Source: Eledone cirrhosa | Lineage: Eukaryota | DNA length: 64,000 nucleotides | NCBI GenBank assembly: GCA_964016885.1 | Contig: OZ024763.1 | Location: 8,184,001-8,248,000, forward strand | Direction: 5' to 3' | Shown here: in pieces, positions 14,091 through 27,026 of the stretch | How the letters are laid out: the number at the start of each line of letters is the position of its first letter | How positions within the stretch are numbered: the first letter of the stretch is position 1 | Position numbers and translations under genes: made by a program | Notes under the pieces: generated by a model | What the model was told of the DNA's origin: nothing | What the model saw: only the letters and a program-made list of their open reading frames with translations | Databases searched by the model: none

Positions 14091-14828
14091 ACCACCACCA
14101 GTACCAGCACACACCAATACCACCACTACACACCACCACCACTACTACACACCACAACCACCATTCAAGTTACTAATCTGTCTGTCTGCGTGTCTGTTTC
14201 TAACATTTTGTGTTTTTAATCTTCCAAACATGATCTGTTGTCATGGAATAACTCATTCTGAAACCTCCAACAGTTTTTAAATGCCATCCTTAGCAACCCA
14301 CGCCACACCTCCTCTCTGATAATTTCCCTGCCATTTCCTCCACTCCACCACACCCCTACCTCATTACTTAATGCCAGTTTAGAGTTAGTCTGTTTAATTT
14401 CAAATGATTCAAATATCTTCCAAATACCTTCCGTTAACATATTTCTAACGAAAGATTCTGCCGACCATTTTTTTTTTTAATAATCGAGAAGTTGGAGAAA
14501 TTTAGTAATATAACCAACTTTCTCGTTATTAAGTTAAGCTGGGGTTTGGAACATAACAAAAGTTCTTACATAAAATTATGTGTATACATCTATCTATCTA
14601 GGGCAGGTAAAATTCCTGGGTGTGATATTAAACTACATCCAGTGGCAAGGCTCCAGTTCAGGAGTTCAAGAGCTGTGGGGAATGTGGAGTTACCCCTTAG
14701 TTGTTATCACTGCCAGGTCTGCTCTGGCCTGGAGTAGTAGTAGTAGTAGTACTGTTAAGGCCCCATTTATGGGTTAAATAATTACCTTACTCGCGTGGCG
14801 CTGGTAAGGTATTATCAGCCATTGAAAA

Positions 14829-14881
<53 letters not shown>

Positions 14882-15274
14882 ATGTTGGATAGAATGCTTT
14901 GTAGTATTTATTCCGACTCTCTGCTCTCTGAGGCCAACTTTGCCTTTCATTCATTCGAGGTCAATAAAAAGTACCAGTGAAGTACTGGGGTTGATTCTTG
15001 CTTCTCTCTCTCTCTATCTATCTATCCTTCTCATGAAGAGATCTGCTGTATTCAGACCTGAAGAGGATCGGGCTCTGCCAGGTAAAAAAAAAAGGCCCTA
15101 GAAACACCTTTATGTCAATACGCCACCTCTACAACTACCATTAATTTCCTAACTAGTCATGTCCTTTCTGGTTCTGTGAAGCCCAGCATCTCAAGATTTC
15201 TACTGAGGCAGTTACTAACATAGCCCAGTGCCCCAATAATGTATGTATGTATGTATGTATGTATATGTGTTTGT

Positions 15275-15308
<34 letters not shown>

Positions 15309-16257
15309 ATCTATATTTTGATGGAAATCTCATCAAAGGGGAAAAATTCAAAGTATTTGAATATTTAGAACAACTGTGTATATATTATACATGCATACCA
15401 CACATACTGCGTGGCACATATTGTACATCACCACACATACTTTTGAGAATGTTTGTGTATACAATATAATATACACACCATATATTTGTTTGTATACAAT
15501 GTACATAGCACATTTGTAATGCATGGTGTATATATATATAAATATATCACTATATGTCTTATAAAGTACCAGTAATGTACTGTTGTTGATTTAATCGACT
15601 TTCCCCTCCCCCAAAATTGTTGGTCTTATGCCTAAAGTAGAAACAATTATTATTATTAAAAAGAAAGAAAAAAGAAATTAAATTTAAAGCCAACAATTTT
15701 ACAGTGTACTGGGTGTATTTTGTTGTGGCACCTGAACTACCACTTTACAGTGTACTGGGTGTATTTTATCATGGCACCAACACTACCACTTTACAGGGTG
15801 TACTGGGTGTATTTTATCATAACACCAACACTACCACTTTACAGGGTGTACTGGGTGTATTTTATCATGGCACATATTAGTATAAATATGAATTATTGCT
15901 AGCATTTAATGATTTAAAAAAAATATGTTATAGTTTGCTTGAAGCATTGTATATGATATATAATGTCAGAAGTGATATGATATAAGGCTAAACAATGCAA
16001 AATAAATGGTAAGATGAAGGTAGCAAAAAAGTTATTTACCTGGTAATCTTTGTGTTGGTTTTGTTTCCTTTGTCCTAATATTTCGGGGCTTAAAATTCCC
16101 TTCAACCCTTTCGCATTTAAACTGGCCATATTTGGCCAGAATTCTCTCACTCCTTTCTGTTCAAACTGGCTGTAACCGGCCACTCATACTTATGTTCAGG
16201 TATTGTTTTCAAAATAAATAATATCAAATTCTCAAAAATTCGACATTATGTGAGATA

Positions 16258-16800
16258 ATTATGAAATTATTGTGTAGTGCTCAGGTGCACTACAACTCAT
16301 CAAAGGTGCATGTATAGTACATAGAATAATATACAAATGTCAGAGAAGTGAATGGTGTATGAGCCATGATATACATGTGTGCGTGTGTATGGAGGGGGGA
16401 TATCAGGTGTAGTGTTGGTGAATCTCAGGAAGCATGGAGGTTTTAAAGGATGCAGTGTCTCAACAGCTAACAACTGATGCAGGTAGTTTGTTCTATGGAG
16501 GTTTTAACGGATTCAGTGTCTCGACAGCTAACAACTGATGCAGGTAGTTTGTTCCATGGAGGTTTTAAAGGATGCAGTGTCTCGACAGCTAACAACTGAT
16601 GCAGGGAGTTTGTTCCATGCTTCAGCAACTCTGAGAGTGAAAAAAATATTTCCGAAAGTCATGGGAGCTGTGCTGTTTTCTGACTTTGTTGGCATGTCCA
16701 CGGGTGTTAGACACATGTAGATAAAAAAGGTACTCAGGGTTGTTGTTGGCAAGATGGTTAATAATTTTGTGGGTGTTTACCAAGTCAGTTGCTAGGCGAG
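16258..16800 (-). mobile_element. CR1-clade LINE 3' end with 3x 61-bp internal repeat (other pieces ~21600-21710, 28800-29050, 53480-53547, 59975-60135)
   Basis: Minus strand encodes TRGHANKVRKQHSSHDFRKYFFTLRVAEAWNKLPASVVSCRDTASFK (CR1 TRGH and FF..RV...WN.LP motifs); AT-rich tail. Confidence 0.8.
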
Positions 16801-16983
16801 CTAAAAGTCTTTTCCATGAAAATACAATAGTTGTAAATGGTAAAGTGTTAGGGAACTCTGAGAGGAAAATGTTTCAGTTCTTCTTCTTTTTGGAATTAAA
16901 TTTAGATTTTTTTTGTTTTGTTTTGTTTTGTTGTTGTTGTTTATTTGTTTCATTTTTTTTTTTTTTTTTTTTTCTTTCTGCAG

Positions 16984-17151
16984 ACCAAAAATAAAATCAA
17001 AAGCATTAAATCTATTTTAGCAGCGAAACATATTGAGTTTACCGAAATTGATATCTCAAAGGATTCTGATGAAAAAGTGAAAATGCGCACCTTGTGCGGC
17101 AACGAGACGGCCGTCCCACCACAGTTGTTTAACGAAGAGGAATACCTAGGG
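16984..17151 (+). CDS. SH3BGRL3: SH3BGRL3-like coding exon 2 (TKNKIKSIKSILAAKHIEFTEIDISKDSDEKVKMRTLCGNETAVPPQLFNEEEYLG)
   Basis: Long poly-T tract then tgcag acceptor, GGG|gtgagt donor, 168 nt phase 0/0. Contains the family DIS and PPQxFN motifs. Confidence 0.93.
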
Positions 17152-17692
17152 GTGAGTTACGAGGACCCCCTCTTAATGTTGGTGTTATGGTGAAATGGGG
17201 GGGCTGGACCATCATGTTCTGAAGCCAGCCCACACTAGGGGTGAGTTACGAGGACCCCTCATTGTTCCCCCTCTTAATGTTGTTGGTGTTATAGTGAAAT
17301 GGAGGGCTGGATGGTGGGGCAAGGGCCCTCATGTTCTGAAACCAGCCTGCACAGGTGACCATGTGTTCTGCTCTTTTGGTATGGTTTCTGTAGCGAGATG
17401 CCCTTCCCAAGACCAACCACTTTACTGTGTATACTGGATAAATTTTAGTGTGGCACCAACACTACCACTTTACAGAGTGTACTGGGTGTATTTTATCATG
17501 GCACCACCACTACCATTTTACAGGGTGTACTGGGTGTATTTATCATGGCACCAACACTACCACTTTACAGGGTGTACTTTATCATGGCACCAACACAACT
17601 TTACAGAGTGTACTGGGTGTACTTTATCGTGACACCAGTGTTAAACGAGGACCAGTAATTGTTCTGAAATAATTGTTTCCTCTCATTTGCAG

Positions 17693-17758
17693 GATTACGA
17701 CCTGTTTAATGAAGCTGTCGAGGCACAAGATATAAAGAAATTCCTGAAACTTGAATAA
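17693..17758 (+). CDS. SH3BGRL3: SH3BGRL3-like last coding exon (DYDLFNEAVEAQDIKKFLKLE*)
   Basis: tttgcag acceptor. Matches the family C-terminus DYxxFxEAVExxxxxxFLKL and ends in TAA. Confidence 0.93.
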   Translation, partial: DYDLFNEAVEAQDIKKFLKLE

Positions 17759-17764
17759 AATAAA
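17754..17764 (+). promoter_or_regulatory. Two overlapping AATAAA poly(A) signals at the SH3BGRL3-like stop codon
   Basis: gAATAAAATAAAc; the first hexamer includes the TAA stop. Confidence 0.45.
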
Positions 17765-19334
17765 CTGGTGTAAGTATAATACTACTACTACTATTACTAT
17801 TGGTGCTGCTACTATTACTACTACTACTACTATTGCTGCTGGTGCTACTGCTACCACTACTAATACCACCACCACCACTACTACTAGCCAACTCTGTGCC
17901 AATGGTGGTGAGTAGGGAGGTGTTTGTAGGGCAAAGGACCCAATAAGTCGATGGTGGTATGTAGGGAGGTAGTCCTAGGGCCAAGGACACCAGAAGTCTC
18001 CACTGCTATGGACTCAACCACAAACCTGTCAGATCCTGACCTCCTCCACTGCTAATAATTAGAAATTAGACCAGCTAAATAAGAGAAACTATTAACTACT
18101 TGTAAATATTTGCATACCTATCTCACTCGCGTTATAATAGCGGTGTTGTTTGATGCTGATGTAAGAAACTGGGTTAAACTAGAACAAACCAGTTTTATGG
18201 GAAAACTGATTTTGTTTGCTTTCATTATAAATATTTTTAAAATGTTCTATTCTAAAAATAATCAACATATTTACTAATTAATATTAATTACTTAATCCTT
18301 TTGTATCGCAACCACCAGCGTCGCCATCCTCTGTGTAGTACACAAATGTGCGTGTATCATCATAACCATCCTCCTGTGTAGTACACATTTGTATATACAC
18401 ACACACGTGTGTATATGATGATGATCATCATCATCCTGCTGTGTAGTACACATTTGTATATACACACGTGTAGTACACATTTGAACATACATACACGTGT
18501 GTCTATCATCATTACCATCCTCCTGTGTAGTACACACACACACACACGTGTGTATCATCATCACCACTATCCTGCTGTGTAGTACACATTCATATATACA
18601 CGTGCGTGTGTATGTATCATCATCCTGCTGCTTTGTAGTACACATCAATGTGTACAGTAGTACACATCAATGTGTACAGTAGTACACATTGATGTGTACA
18701 GTAGTACACATTGATGTGTACAGTAGTACACATTGATGTGTACAGTAGTACACAGCATGAAATAGATGCAAAAATGATTATATATTGGTTTCTGATTTAG
18801 ACACAAGGTCAACAATTTTAGCAGAAGGGGGAGAGTCAATTAAATTGACCCCAGCACATTACTGGTACTTTATTTTATTGACCCTGTAAGAATGAAAAGG
18901 TAAAGTTAACCTTGGCAGGATTTGAACTCAGACTGTAAAATGCTGTAATTTTATTCCATAAAGTATGTTGTCTGACGCTCCACTGATTACTGCTAATCAC
19001 TGTCCTATGACGTTATATATATAACAAAGAGGGTGTGGTAAGATACCAGATGGACCATAACCCACCAGGGTACTCAATACTTAAGGTAGTAGAGTGGGTA
19101 ATAGGAAAAGAGTGAGGACCCCGACGGCTGAGATCTGAACTGTTCATATCTAGCTGTCGAAACGGCCGGATCTCAGCCGTCGGGGTCCTCACTCTTATAT
19201 ATATGTATATATATATAGTGTGTGTATCCTGGTTTTTAGATTAGGTACACTGAATCCCTCCCTATCTGTTGTAAGAAGCGACTAAAAGGTTTGGCAAGAG
19301 GGCATCCATCAGGCTGTAAAACTTTCTTCTCATC

Positions 19335-19555
19335 AGCATCATCCTAAGCCAGCGATCGTACAGCATCGCCGTGCGTAGAGTTGACCGGGTCCACCAGCGC
19401 CATCTATCGCTGCCGGTCCCGGTCCCGTGCCAGCTCCTCCGTATGCTCCAAGGTGATGTCGAGCCTCTAGAGATCTCCCCTGATGACATCTTTTGATGGT
19501 CCTCAGGGCTCTGCTATCAAAGCTGTCGATTCTCTTTGCCAGGTTCTTTGTTGAA
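19335..19555 (-). mobile_element. Internally deleted RTE-like LINE C-terminal remnant
   Basis: GC-rich patch; frames give KNLAKRIDSFDSRALRTI and DRWR. Confidence 0.5.
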
Positions 19556-21481
19556 CATCGTCTCATGCCAGCATGGAAAAGTGGATATAAAAAAACCATG
19601 ATGGAGATGGAGATGATGATGATGAATCTAAACCTGTTCAATTCTTTTTTTCTTCTTCTTTTTCAGCTTCCTGACATCATCAAACCTGCTGCTTCCAGTT
19701 ACCTAATTCCATTTGCAAGAGATGAATGAAGAATTTACCAGAATTCAAAAGTATCACCAGGGGGGTGTGGGGTGGGACTGGTTTTGATGGTGTGGGACAC
19801 GGAAGGGTTGGGTGGGAGGGGGTATGACAGTAGGAGTCCCTGTGCTGTTTTTTTTTTTTTTTTAGTGAAGGTTGAAGTTTGAGGATTGTGGTTTGGCGTG
19901 AAGGATATGTGGTTTGGGCCCGGGGTTCCCCGTTTTTTTTTGTGGGTGTAGGGGACTTTTAGAGGTTTGGTTGTAGTGATGGTGGTGGTGGGGGTGTAGT
20001 TTATGGTGGGTGGGTGGGTTGTGTGGGAACTGCCTGACTGATTCTGTGTGTGTGAAAAAGAATGCTGAAGAAGAGGTAGAAAGAGAGATGGAGTGGGAGA
20101 GAGGTAGAGAGAGAGATGGAGTGGGAGAGAGGAAGAGAGAGATGGAGTGGGAGTGTGGTGTATGTTTGAATATTTTCTATACTGCTGTGGCTGAATGGGA
20201 TGGTGTTGTGTGGGGTGAGGTAGGATGGCTGGGGTGGGGGGGAAGAGGGGTAAGAACAAAAGCATGTCTGTTCTGTTTTGTCTGTCACTCACACGTTTAC
20301 TCTTTCTTCCTCTCTCTCTCGCTTTTTTTTTTTTCCTGTGACTGTTTTAGTGTGAAGAAGGCTTTGGTAAGTACCATCAGTGGTGGTGGTGTGTCATATA
20401 GTGTGGGGGGAGGGGGTGGTGATAGTATGTAATGTGGGGGAGGGGGTTGTTGGAGGTGAAGCGGCGGTGGTGGTGTCACTATGTCATCTAATGAGGATGG
20501 AGAGCTAGGGGTGTGATTGTTGGAGGTAAAGTGATGACAAGGGCACCCTCATCATCACAGCATTCCGGTGGTAGAAGTAGGGGGAGTGAGGCAGCATGGT
20601 ATAGCATGACAGGAAGGACAATTTTAAGGGGGGGGGGGAGAGGAGGAGGGGGAGAAAGGGATTTTAGGGGGGTTAGATAGGTAGAAAAATAGAGTTGGTG
20701 GGGGTGAGTAGACTAGATTGATTTAGATATAGAGGGGGGAGGGGCTAGATGGGCGGAGGTGAAGGGCTTCATTCTTTCTTCCTCTCACCAAAGCTGCCAG
20801 ATATGTAAAATAGGGAGAGAGAGAGAGATATCAGCTCCTCTATAGTTTGTGTCCGAGGTTTCGAACTCTGTCCATCTTGGTTCTTCGGCAGACAACAACA
20901 GTCTCTCCCTCCCACAATAACAACAACAACAACAACAGTCTCTCCTTGCCGTAGTAACGCCATTGTTTGATGTTTTTTTCTTCCTTTCTTCTTCTTGATA
21001 TCTTTCAGTCTTAAACACATACACGCATATACATTATATATGTATATATATATATATATGTGTGTATGTATATATATGTGTGTATATACATTATATATGT
21101 ATATACATGTGTGTGTGTGTGTATATATATTACATATATATATGTATGCCTATATCTTCTAGAAGATGATTCCATGGTATATTATAAGATACAGCATGCC
21201 TATATCTTCTAGAATATAATTCCATGGTATATTAAGAGATATAACACTCCTATATCTTCTAGAATATGATTCCATGGTGTATTATGAGATATAACAATGA
21301 TATACAACCACAGAAGACTGAAACTAAGAAATAAATATTGATTAAAATATAATGAAAAATTAATTGTATTGTAATAAAAATTGGAAAATATAACTGTCTT
21401 TTGGTCATCTAAGTCATCATCATCATAGTCATCTTCATTTTAACACCTGTTTCCCTTGTTAGCATGCACTATGCTTATGTT

Positions 21482-21605
21482 CTTGCACCTTACCAACTGA
21501 TCAGATGGCCCAGTGGCCAGCTTGCACCTTACCAACTGATCAGATGGCCCAGTGGCCAGCTTGCACCTTACCAACTGATCAGATGGCCCAGTGGCCAGCT
21601 TGCAC
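21482..21605. repeat. 39-bp perfect repeat x3
   Basis: cttgcaccttaccaactgatcagatggcccagtggccag. Confidence 0.9.
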
Positions 21606-22652
21606 ACGTGTGTATTTCATGACTCATACACTGTTCACTTTCCTGTAATTTGTACATTATTCTATGTACTATATATATGCACCTCAGCACTGCACACAAT
21701 CATTTTCATTAGTTGTGTGTGTATATGTCTTAGTTGTATATATATGTGTGTATGTCATGTGTGAAGATTAAAAGCAACAAAACTTATTCAATGTTTTAAT
21801 ATAGAAAAGATAAAATTACAAACAAACCTCCCGAACAGCTCAAAGATGTTTAAAGACAACTTTTTTTGTTTTGTTTAACCATTTGAAGTGAAGTGTCTTG
21901 CTCAAAGATGAGTGACAGCAACAACAGGCAGAGGAGTTCACTATATCTTCTACAAGACCTTCCGTTGATGAGTCAATGATGTTGATGAATTTCCTAAGAA
22001 TCTTTAATACTAGCTTGTATGGAGCTTATTTTAACCCATGGTTGACCTGGATGCAGCAGACTGATAATCAAAGATGTTCCTAACATGACCACCCCATTTG
22101 GGTTTGGTGTTCTTTTTCCAGCAGACATTGTAAATTGGAATGAAATAGAATGGGGGACTTGTTTTGTTCAAACCAGCCGTAACTGGCCACTCATACTGAT
22201 GTGAGGGTATTGTTCTCAAAATAAATAATATCAAAATCTCATAGATTCGATATTATGAGGTAAAGTGTTTACCATGAAAATACAATGGTAAAGGGTTAAA
22301 CCGGCCAGAATTCTCTCACCTCTTTCTGTTTAAACCGGCTGTAACTGGCCACTTATACTGATGTTAAAGTATTGTTCTTAGAATAAATATCAAAATCTCA
22401 TAGATTCGATATTATGTGAGGTAAAACCTTTATGATGAAAATACAATAGTAAATATAGAGTAATAATAATGTTAGAAGCCTGTGAGGAGTGGTCATTGTG
22501 TGTGTCTGTAAGTTTATGTGGTAAGAATGAGAAGTTGTCCCAGGATAACAACTCAATGTTTTTTGTAATGCAGGTTGTAAAACAAGGGTCAGATACTCCA
22601 GTGATAGGGTGGTCAAGAGAGGCCCAGAATTAAGGGGCCAATCTGTTGCATT

Positions 22653-22765
22653 TCAATCACTGTTTGCTTTGCGGTACCAAAACCTAGCTCGGAAGTCATC
22701 GCTACAGGTGAGGAATGCAGGACCGGTCGGAGAATGGACAATGGTTCTGACAACATTATTGTGAC
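22653..22765 (-). CDS. CSTF1: CSTF1 last coding exon ([37 protein letters not shown])
   Basis: ttccag acceptor; [12 protein letters not shown] terminus and TGA. The 13 exons sum to 1290 nt (429 aa plus stop). Confidence 0.96.
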
Positions 22766-24167
22766 CTGGAATGTAAAGAAAGAAAAAAAAAATATTCAAG
22801 GCCGGATTTAAAGGGGCCATTTGCCCCGGGTCCCTGTAGTGGGGGACTGCAGTAATTTATTTGTGCCCTCAATATGTAAAATTGGGGGTTTGCTGTGTAT
22901 AAGGGGGACCCCCCCCCCCCCCAGTCTAAATCCAACTCAATATAATTGTATTGTAATAACAAGTGAGCTTCTACCTGCTAAAAATAACAGTTAAATCTCT
23001 TTCAAATTCACACACCCAACTATCATAGCAAAGAGGGACACATTAGATGTATTCCTGGGTGTACTATATCCAGGAAAAAGACAGGATGGTCACAGCCGGA
23101 ACAATTTTGATCAAAGGTTTGCTGATTTGCGACTAAACAAAAGTCGGCTGATATTTCTTTTATGTCAGCTTTTCCCTGTATATCATCATCTTCATTAAAC
23201 GTCCATTTTCCACGCTAGCATGGGTTATACATATCAGATAAGGTGTGGTAAAAACCAGGTAGACCATAACCCACCAGAGTACTCACTACTTGGGGTAGTA
23301 GAGTGGGTAATGTGAAAAGATTCAGGACCCCTGACGGCTGAGCTCCAGCCATTTCGACAGCTAGATCCGAACTAAAGAGCTTTAGTTCGGATCTACCTAT
23401 TGAAACGTCTGGAGCTCAGCCATTGGGGTCCTGAATCTTCTCATATTTTTATATATAAACGGCCGATGACCCTGGACTTTTGTATCCCTCGTTTGTATTT
23501 TTATTTTTTAAAACAATTTTTTAAGGTTTCCTGTTCATTGTCTTCAGTTTATCAATACTAAAGTGAAGTATGTGTTTATCTCTCCTCCCACCATTTATTG
23601 CAATGGCTTACAACAATATAACTCTCGTGCTATAAGAGCTACCACACAGACAATCCTATGTGGACTTGTAGCTTAATTGCTGTAAATTAATGTTTTGTCT
23701 CTCATCTCTTACTCCACTGGACAGTGTCAGATGCTGTGACCCCGGCTGGGTCAGCAGTACCATTGGCAAGGGTCGAAACTTGAGTTCTGTATCCTTTGTT
23801 TGTATTACTCTTTTACCTGTTCCAGCCATGCTGGGGCACAGCCCTTGTATATATATTTTTAAGAAATCATTTTTTTGAGGTTTCTCTCCACAAATGACCA
23901 TAATAATAATAATTATAAATAGGATAACAAGGGTGGTGGATTGGCAGTGTAGTCGGTAGAGCATCAGTCAACATGCTTTGTGGCATAGAGTTACATCCCT
24001 TTACATTCTGAGTTCAAATCTCATCGATGTTAGCTTTGCCTTTCGTCCTTACATGGTTGATAAAATAAAGTACCAGTAATACACTGGTGTCAATTTAATT
24101 GAATTTCCCCTCCCCACCAAATTGTTGGCCTTGTGCCTATATCAGAAACCATTATAAATAGGATAAC

Positions 24168-24432
24168 AGCACATACATTAGGGGTTAATTTACCCCAGTA
24201 TATCAACAACAGTACATACATTAGGGGTTAATTTACCCCAGTATATCAACATTACAAATTAGGGCCAACTTATCCCAGTATATCAACATTACAAATTAGG
24301 GCCAACTTATCCCAGTATATCAACATTATAAATTAAGGGTTAACTTACCCCAGTACAACACTATAAATTAAGGGCTAACTTACCCGGGGACAACAACACT
24401 ATAAATTAAGGGTTAACTTACCCAGGGACAAC
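24168..24432. repeat. ~32-42-bp degenerate minisatellite seeded by the CSTF1 exon-12 donor site
   Basis: Units aattaaggg(c/t)taacttaccc.g..acaaca diverge progressively away from the exon. Confidence 0.8.
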
Positions 24433-24502
24433 AGTCGCTGTCTCTCAGCATTACGTGAATCCCAACAACACAAACTGGTTGTTTTTTCGTCTGGAAATAA
24501 CA
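24422..24502 (-). CDS. CSTF1: CSTF1 exon 12 ([27 protein letters not shown])
   Basis: tttcag acceptor, G|gtaagt donor; [15 protein letters not shown]. Confidence 0.96.
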
Positions 24503-24934
24503 CTGAAATATAGAAAACAATGATGTAGTATAGGTGATAGTATAGTGGTGGTACAGTGTAGTGTAGGTAGTAGTATAGGTGGTCTCTGTGAACCTCAGAC
24601 CTTAATGTGACAAGGCTGGGTTGGCCATTCAAGCTATATATACAACTCATTTTTACCAGATCAGTGGACTGGAGCAACGTGAAATAATAAAGTGTCTTGC
24701 TCAAGGACACAACCCAGAGTCGAACTCACAATCTTACAATTGTAAGCTAAATAACCTAACCACACACAGCCACGTGCCTTCACACACACCAGTAAATACA
24801 CAAACAAATAGGCACACTCCCCCCACCAACACCATCATCCAGAAACAACACCACCACCATCAATATCACAACCCCCTGACCATTACCATTACCCCCCCCC
24901 CCACACTACCATCACCACACACACAAGTACCTAC

Positions 24935-25079
24935 CATAGTCTTCTGTGTGATTAAAAACTGTCTGACTTCGATGCTCCATCTTGCCAGTGGCGCCAGCTC
25001 CTGTGTAGATGATGAGGCAACGGTTGGTAGACAACTCCCAAAGACGGACCAACGAATCTTTACCACTAGACAAGATATA
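24935..25079 (-). CDS. CSTF1: CSTF1 exon 11 ([48 protein letters not shown])
   Basis: tttcag acceptor, G|gtaggt donor; YILSSGKDS and VFNHTEDY. Confidence 0.96.
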
Positions 25080-25623
25080 CTGAAACATATAATACAGCAA
25101 TTGTTTAGCTTTTAACATCCTCTAATGGTTTAGCAGAGAATATAGAAAAACTGCTTTGTTAATTTAAATATTTACAGTAGCTTTACTGGTAGACAGATGT
25201 ATCTCAAACTGTTCTGTCATAATTTTACGACTCATTCTCTCTCTTGTATATATATATATATATACATATGTATATACACACCAGGTCCGAACACAAAGGA
25301 ACCAAACTCCCAGTCACTGCCTCCGTCTCTCCACCTCTATAAACACAAAAGGGTCAACTCCCACTGTCACTGCCTCCGTCTCTCTCGCACTCAATATTAA
25401 GAGCAAATGTGGGGGATGGCACGCGCTGGCCACCCCATGACCCCGGTAGTCAGAATAGAGGAGGCATTTCACCGGAGGATGGTGAGGGAGACGCGCTGGA
25501 AGAGCCATTCCAGCTCGTCAGGCCCACACCTGCGGGTAGCCAACTCTGTACCGATGGTGGCGAGTAGGGAGGTAGCCCTGGGACCATGTGTAAATTTGTA
25601 GTATTATCTCTTAACATCCTAAG

Positions 25624-25812
25624 GGCGGTGGATTGGCAGTATCGGTAGAAGGTCGGACGTCATGCTTTGACGCATAGAGTTACGGTCCTTTCCATTCTGA
25701 GTTCAAATCCTGCCGAGGTCAACTTTGCCTTTCATCCTTACGGGGTCGATAAAATAAAGTACCAGTAATGTACTGGGTAATTGCTGGCCTTGTGCCAAAA
25801 GTAGAAACAATT
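25624..25812 (+). mobile_element. Second tRNA-headed SINE family (copies ~10437-10641, 23932-24155, 35374-35550 on +; ~5765-5880, 18785-18990, 32132-32250, 43838-44008, 57178-57335 on -)
   Basis: TGGCAGTATCGG A box, GAGTTCAAATCC B box, conserved gcctttcatccttacggggtcgataaaataaagtaccagt core, and a ggccttgtgcc...agaaac(c/a)attatt end. Confidence 0.8.
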
Positions 25813-26151
25813 ATCTCTTAACATCCTGTAATGATTTAGACTTTTTTTTAATATGTAACTATATATAAAGGGAGATAACTGCAAGACATTTGTACGATAT
25901 ACAAAAATAAGAAGCTATGCCCGTATTTTATGGGCAATTCTCGCCTCCTAACTTTAATAAGACATTTAATCGAACGAACTGACAAAAACAATTAATAAAA
26001 AATTTCAACAATAATTTTATGATAATAAAGAAATAATTTTTAATCAAATTTAAACAAATCAACTTTTTAATAAATGTTTATTGAAAATAACCAACTACCA
26101 GTGTATGGAAGAGAGGGTAAATAAGTGGAGATAACTCCTGTACATACGACA

Positions 26152-26745
26152 GAACACATTAGATAATGTAGTCCTAAGTACACTGTGTCTATATATAAGA
26201 CAGGATACATTAGATAATGTAGTCCTAGATAGACTGTGTCTATATATAAGACAGGACACATTAGATAATGTAGTCCTAAATAGACTGTGTCTATATATAA
26301 GACAGGACACATTAGATAATGTAGTCCTAGGTACACTGTGTCTATATATAAGACAGGACACATTAGATAATGTAGTCCTAGATAGACTGTGTCTATATAT
26401 AAGACAGGACACATTAGATAGTGTAGTCCTAGGTACACTGTGTCTATATATAAGACAGGACACATTTGATAGTGTAGTCCTAGATACACTGTGTCTGTAT
26501 ATAAGACAGGACACATTAGATAATGTAGTCCTAGATAGACTGTGTCTATATATAAGACAGGACACATTAGATAGTGTAGTCCTAGGTACACTGTGTCTAT
26601 ATATAAGACAGGACACATTAGATAGTGTAGTCCTAGGTACACTGTGTCTGTATATAAGACAGGACACATTAGATAATGTAGTCCTAGATACACTGTGTCT
26701 GTATATAAGACAGGACACATTAGGTAATGTAGTCCTAGATACACA
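26152..26745. repeat. 51-bp minisatellite x~11.5 in CSTF1 intron 10
   Basis: agataatgtagtcctagatagactgtgtctatatataagacaggacacatt units. Confidence 0.93.
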
Positions 26746-27026
26746 GATTAAGGTGTAATAAACATACAATATGGTTGTGGCTTTCTAAACAATGAGGAAA
26801 ACACAGCCTAATGCTGTGTAGTGAGATGCTTGTATAACCATAAATATCAGCACTCTATACAATCGCTAACCCAGGTGCAAGCTGCTTCATGAGGAGGGTG
26901 ATTTTGGACATCCTGCAGGATGAAAATCAAAACCTGTCAAAGGGCGGAGGAATTCAGCAGAGTCAACAGCCATTCAATAAAGTTTTTTTTTTTTTTGTGT
27001 AGTGAGAGACCCCTAGTCTTCATTAA

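Noticed and set aside
23520-23553. Minus-strand CTGAAGA...GAAAccTTA
   Set aside because: Stems I and II do not pair.
25270-25595. GC-rich patch with short ORFs in CSTF1 intron 10
   Set aside because: Its 3' part recurs at ~17885-18000 and ~42425-42495, so it is a dispersed repeat of unassigned class, not a host exon.
26067-26769. 225-aa and 224-aa repetitive ORFs
   Set aside because: 51-bp intronic minisatellite of CSTF1.
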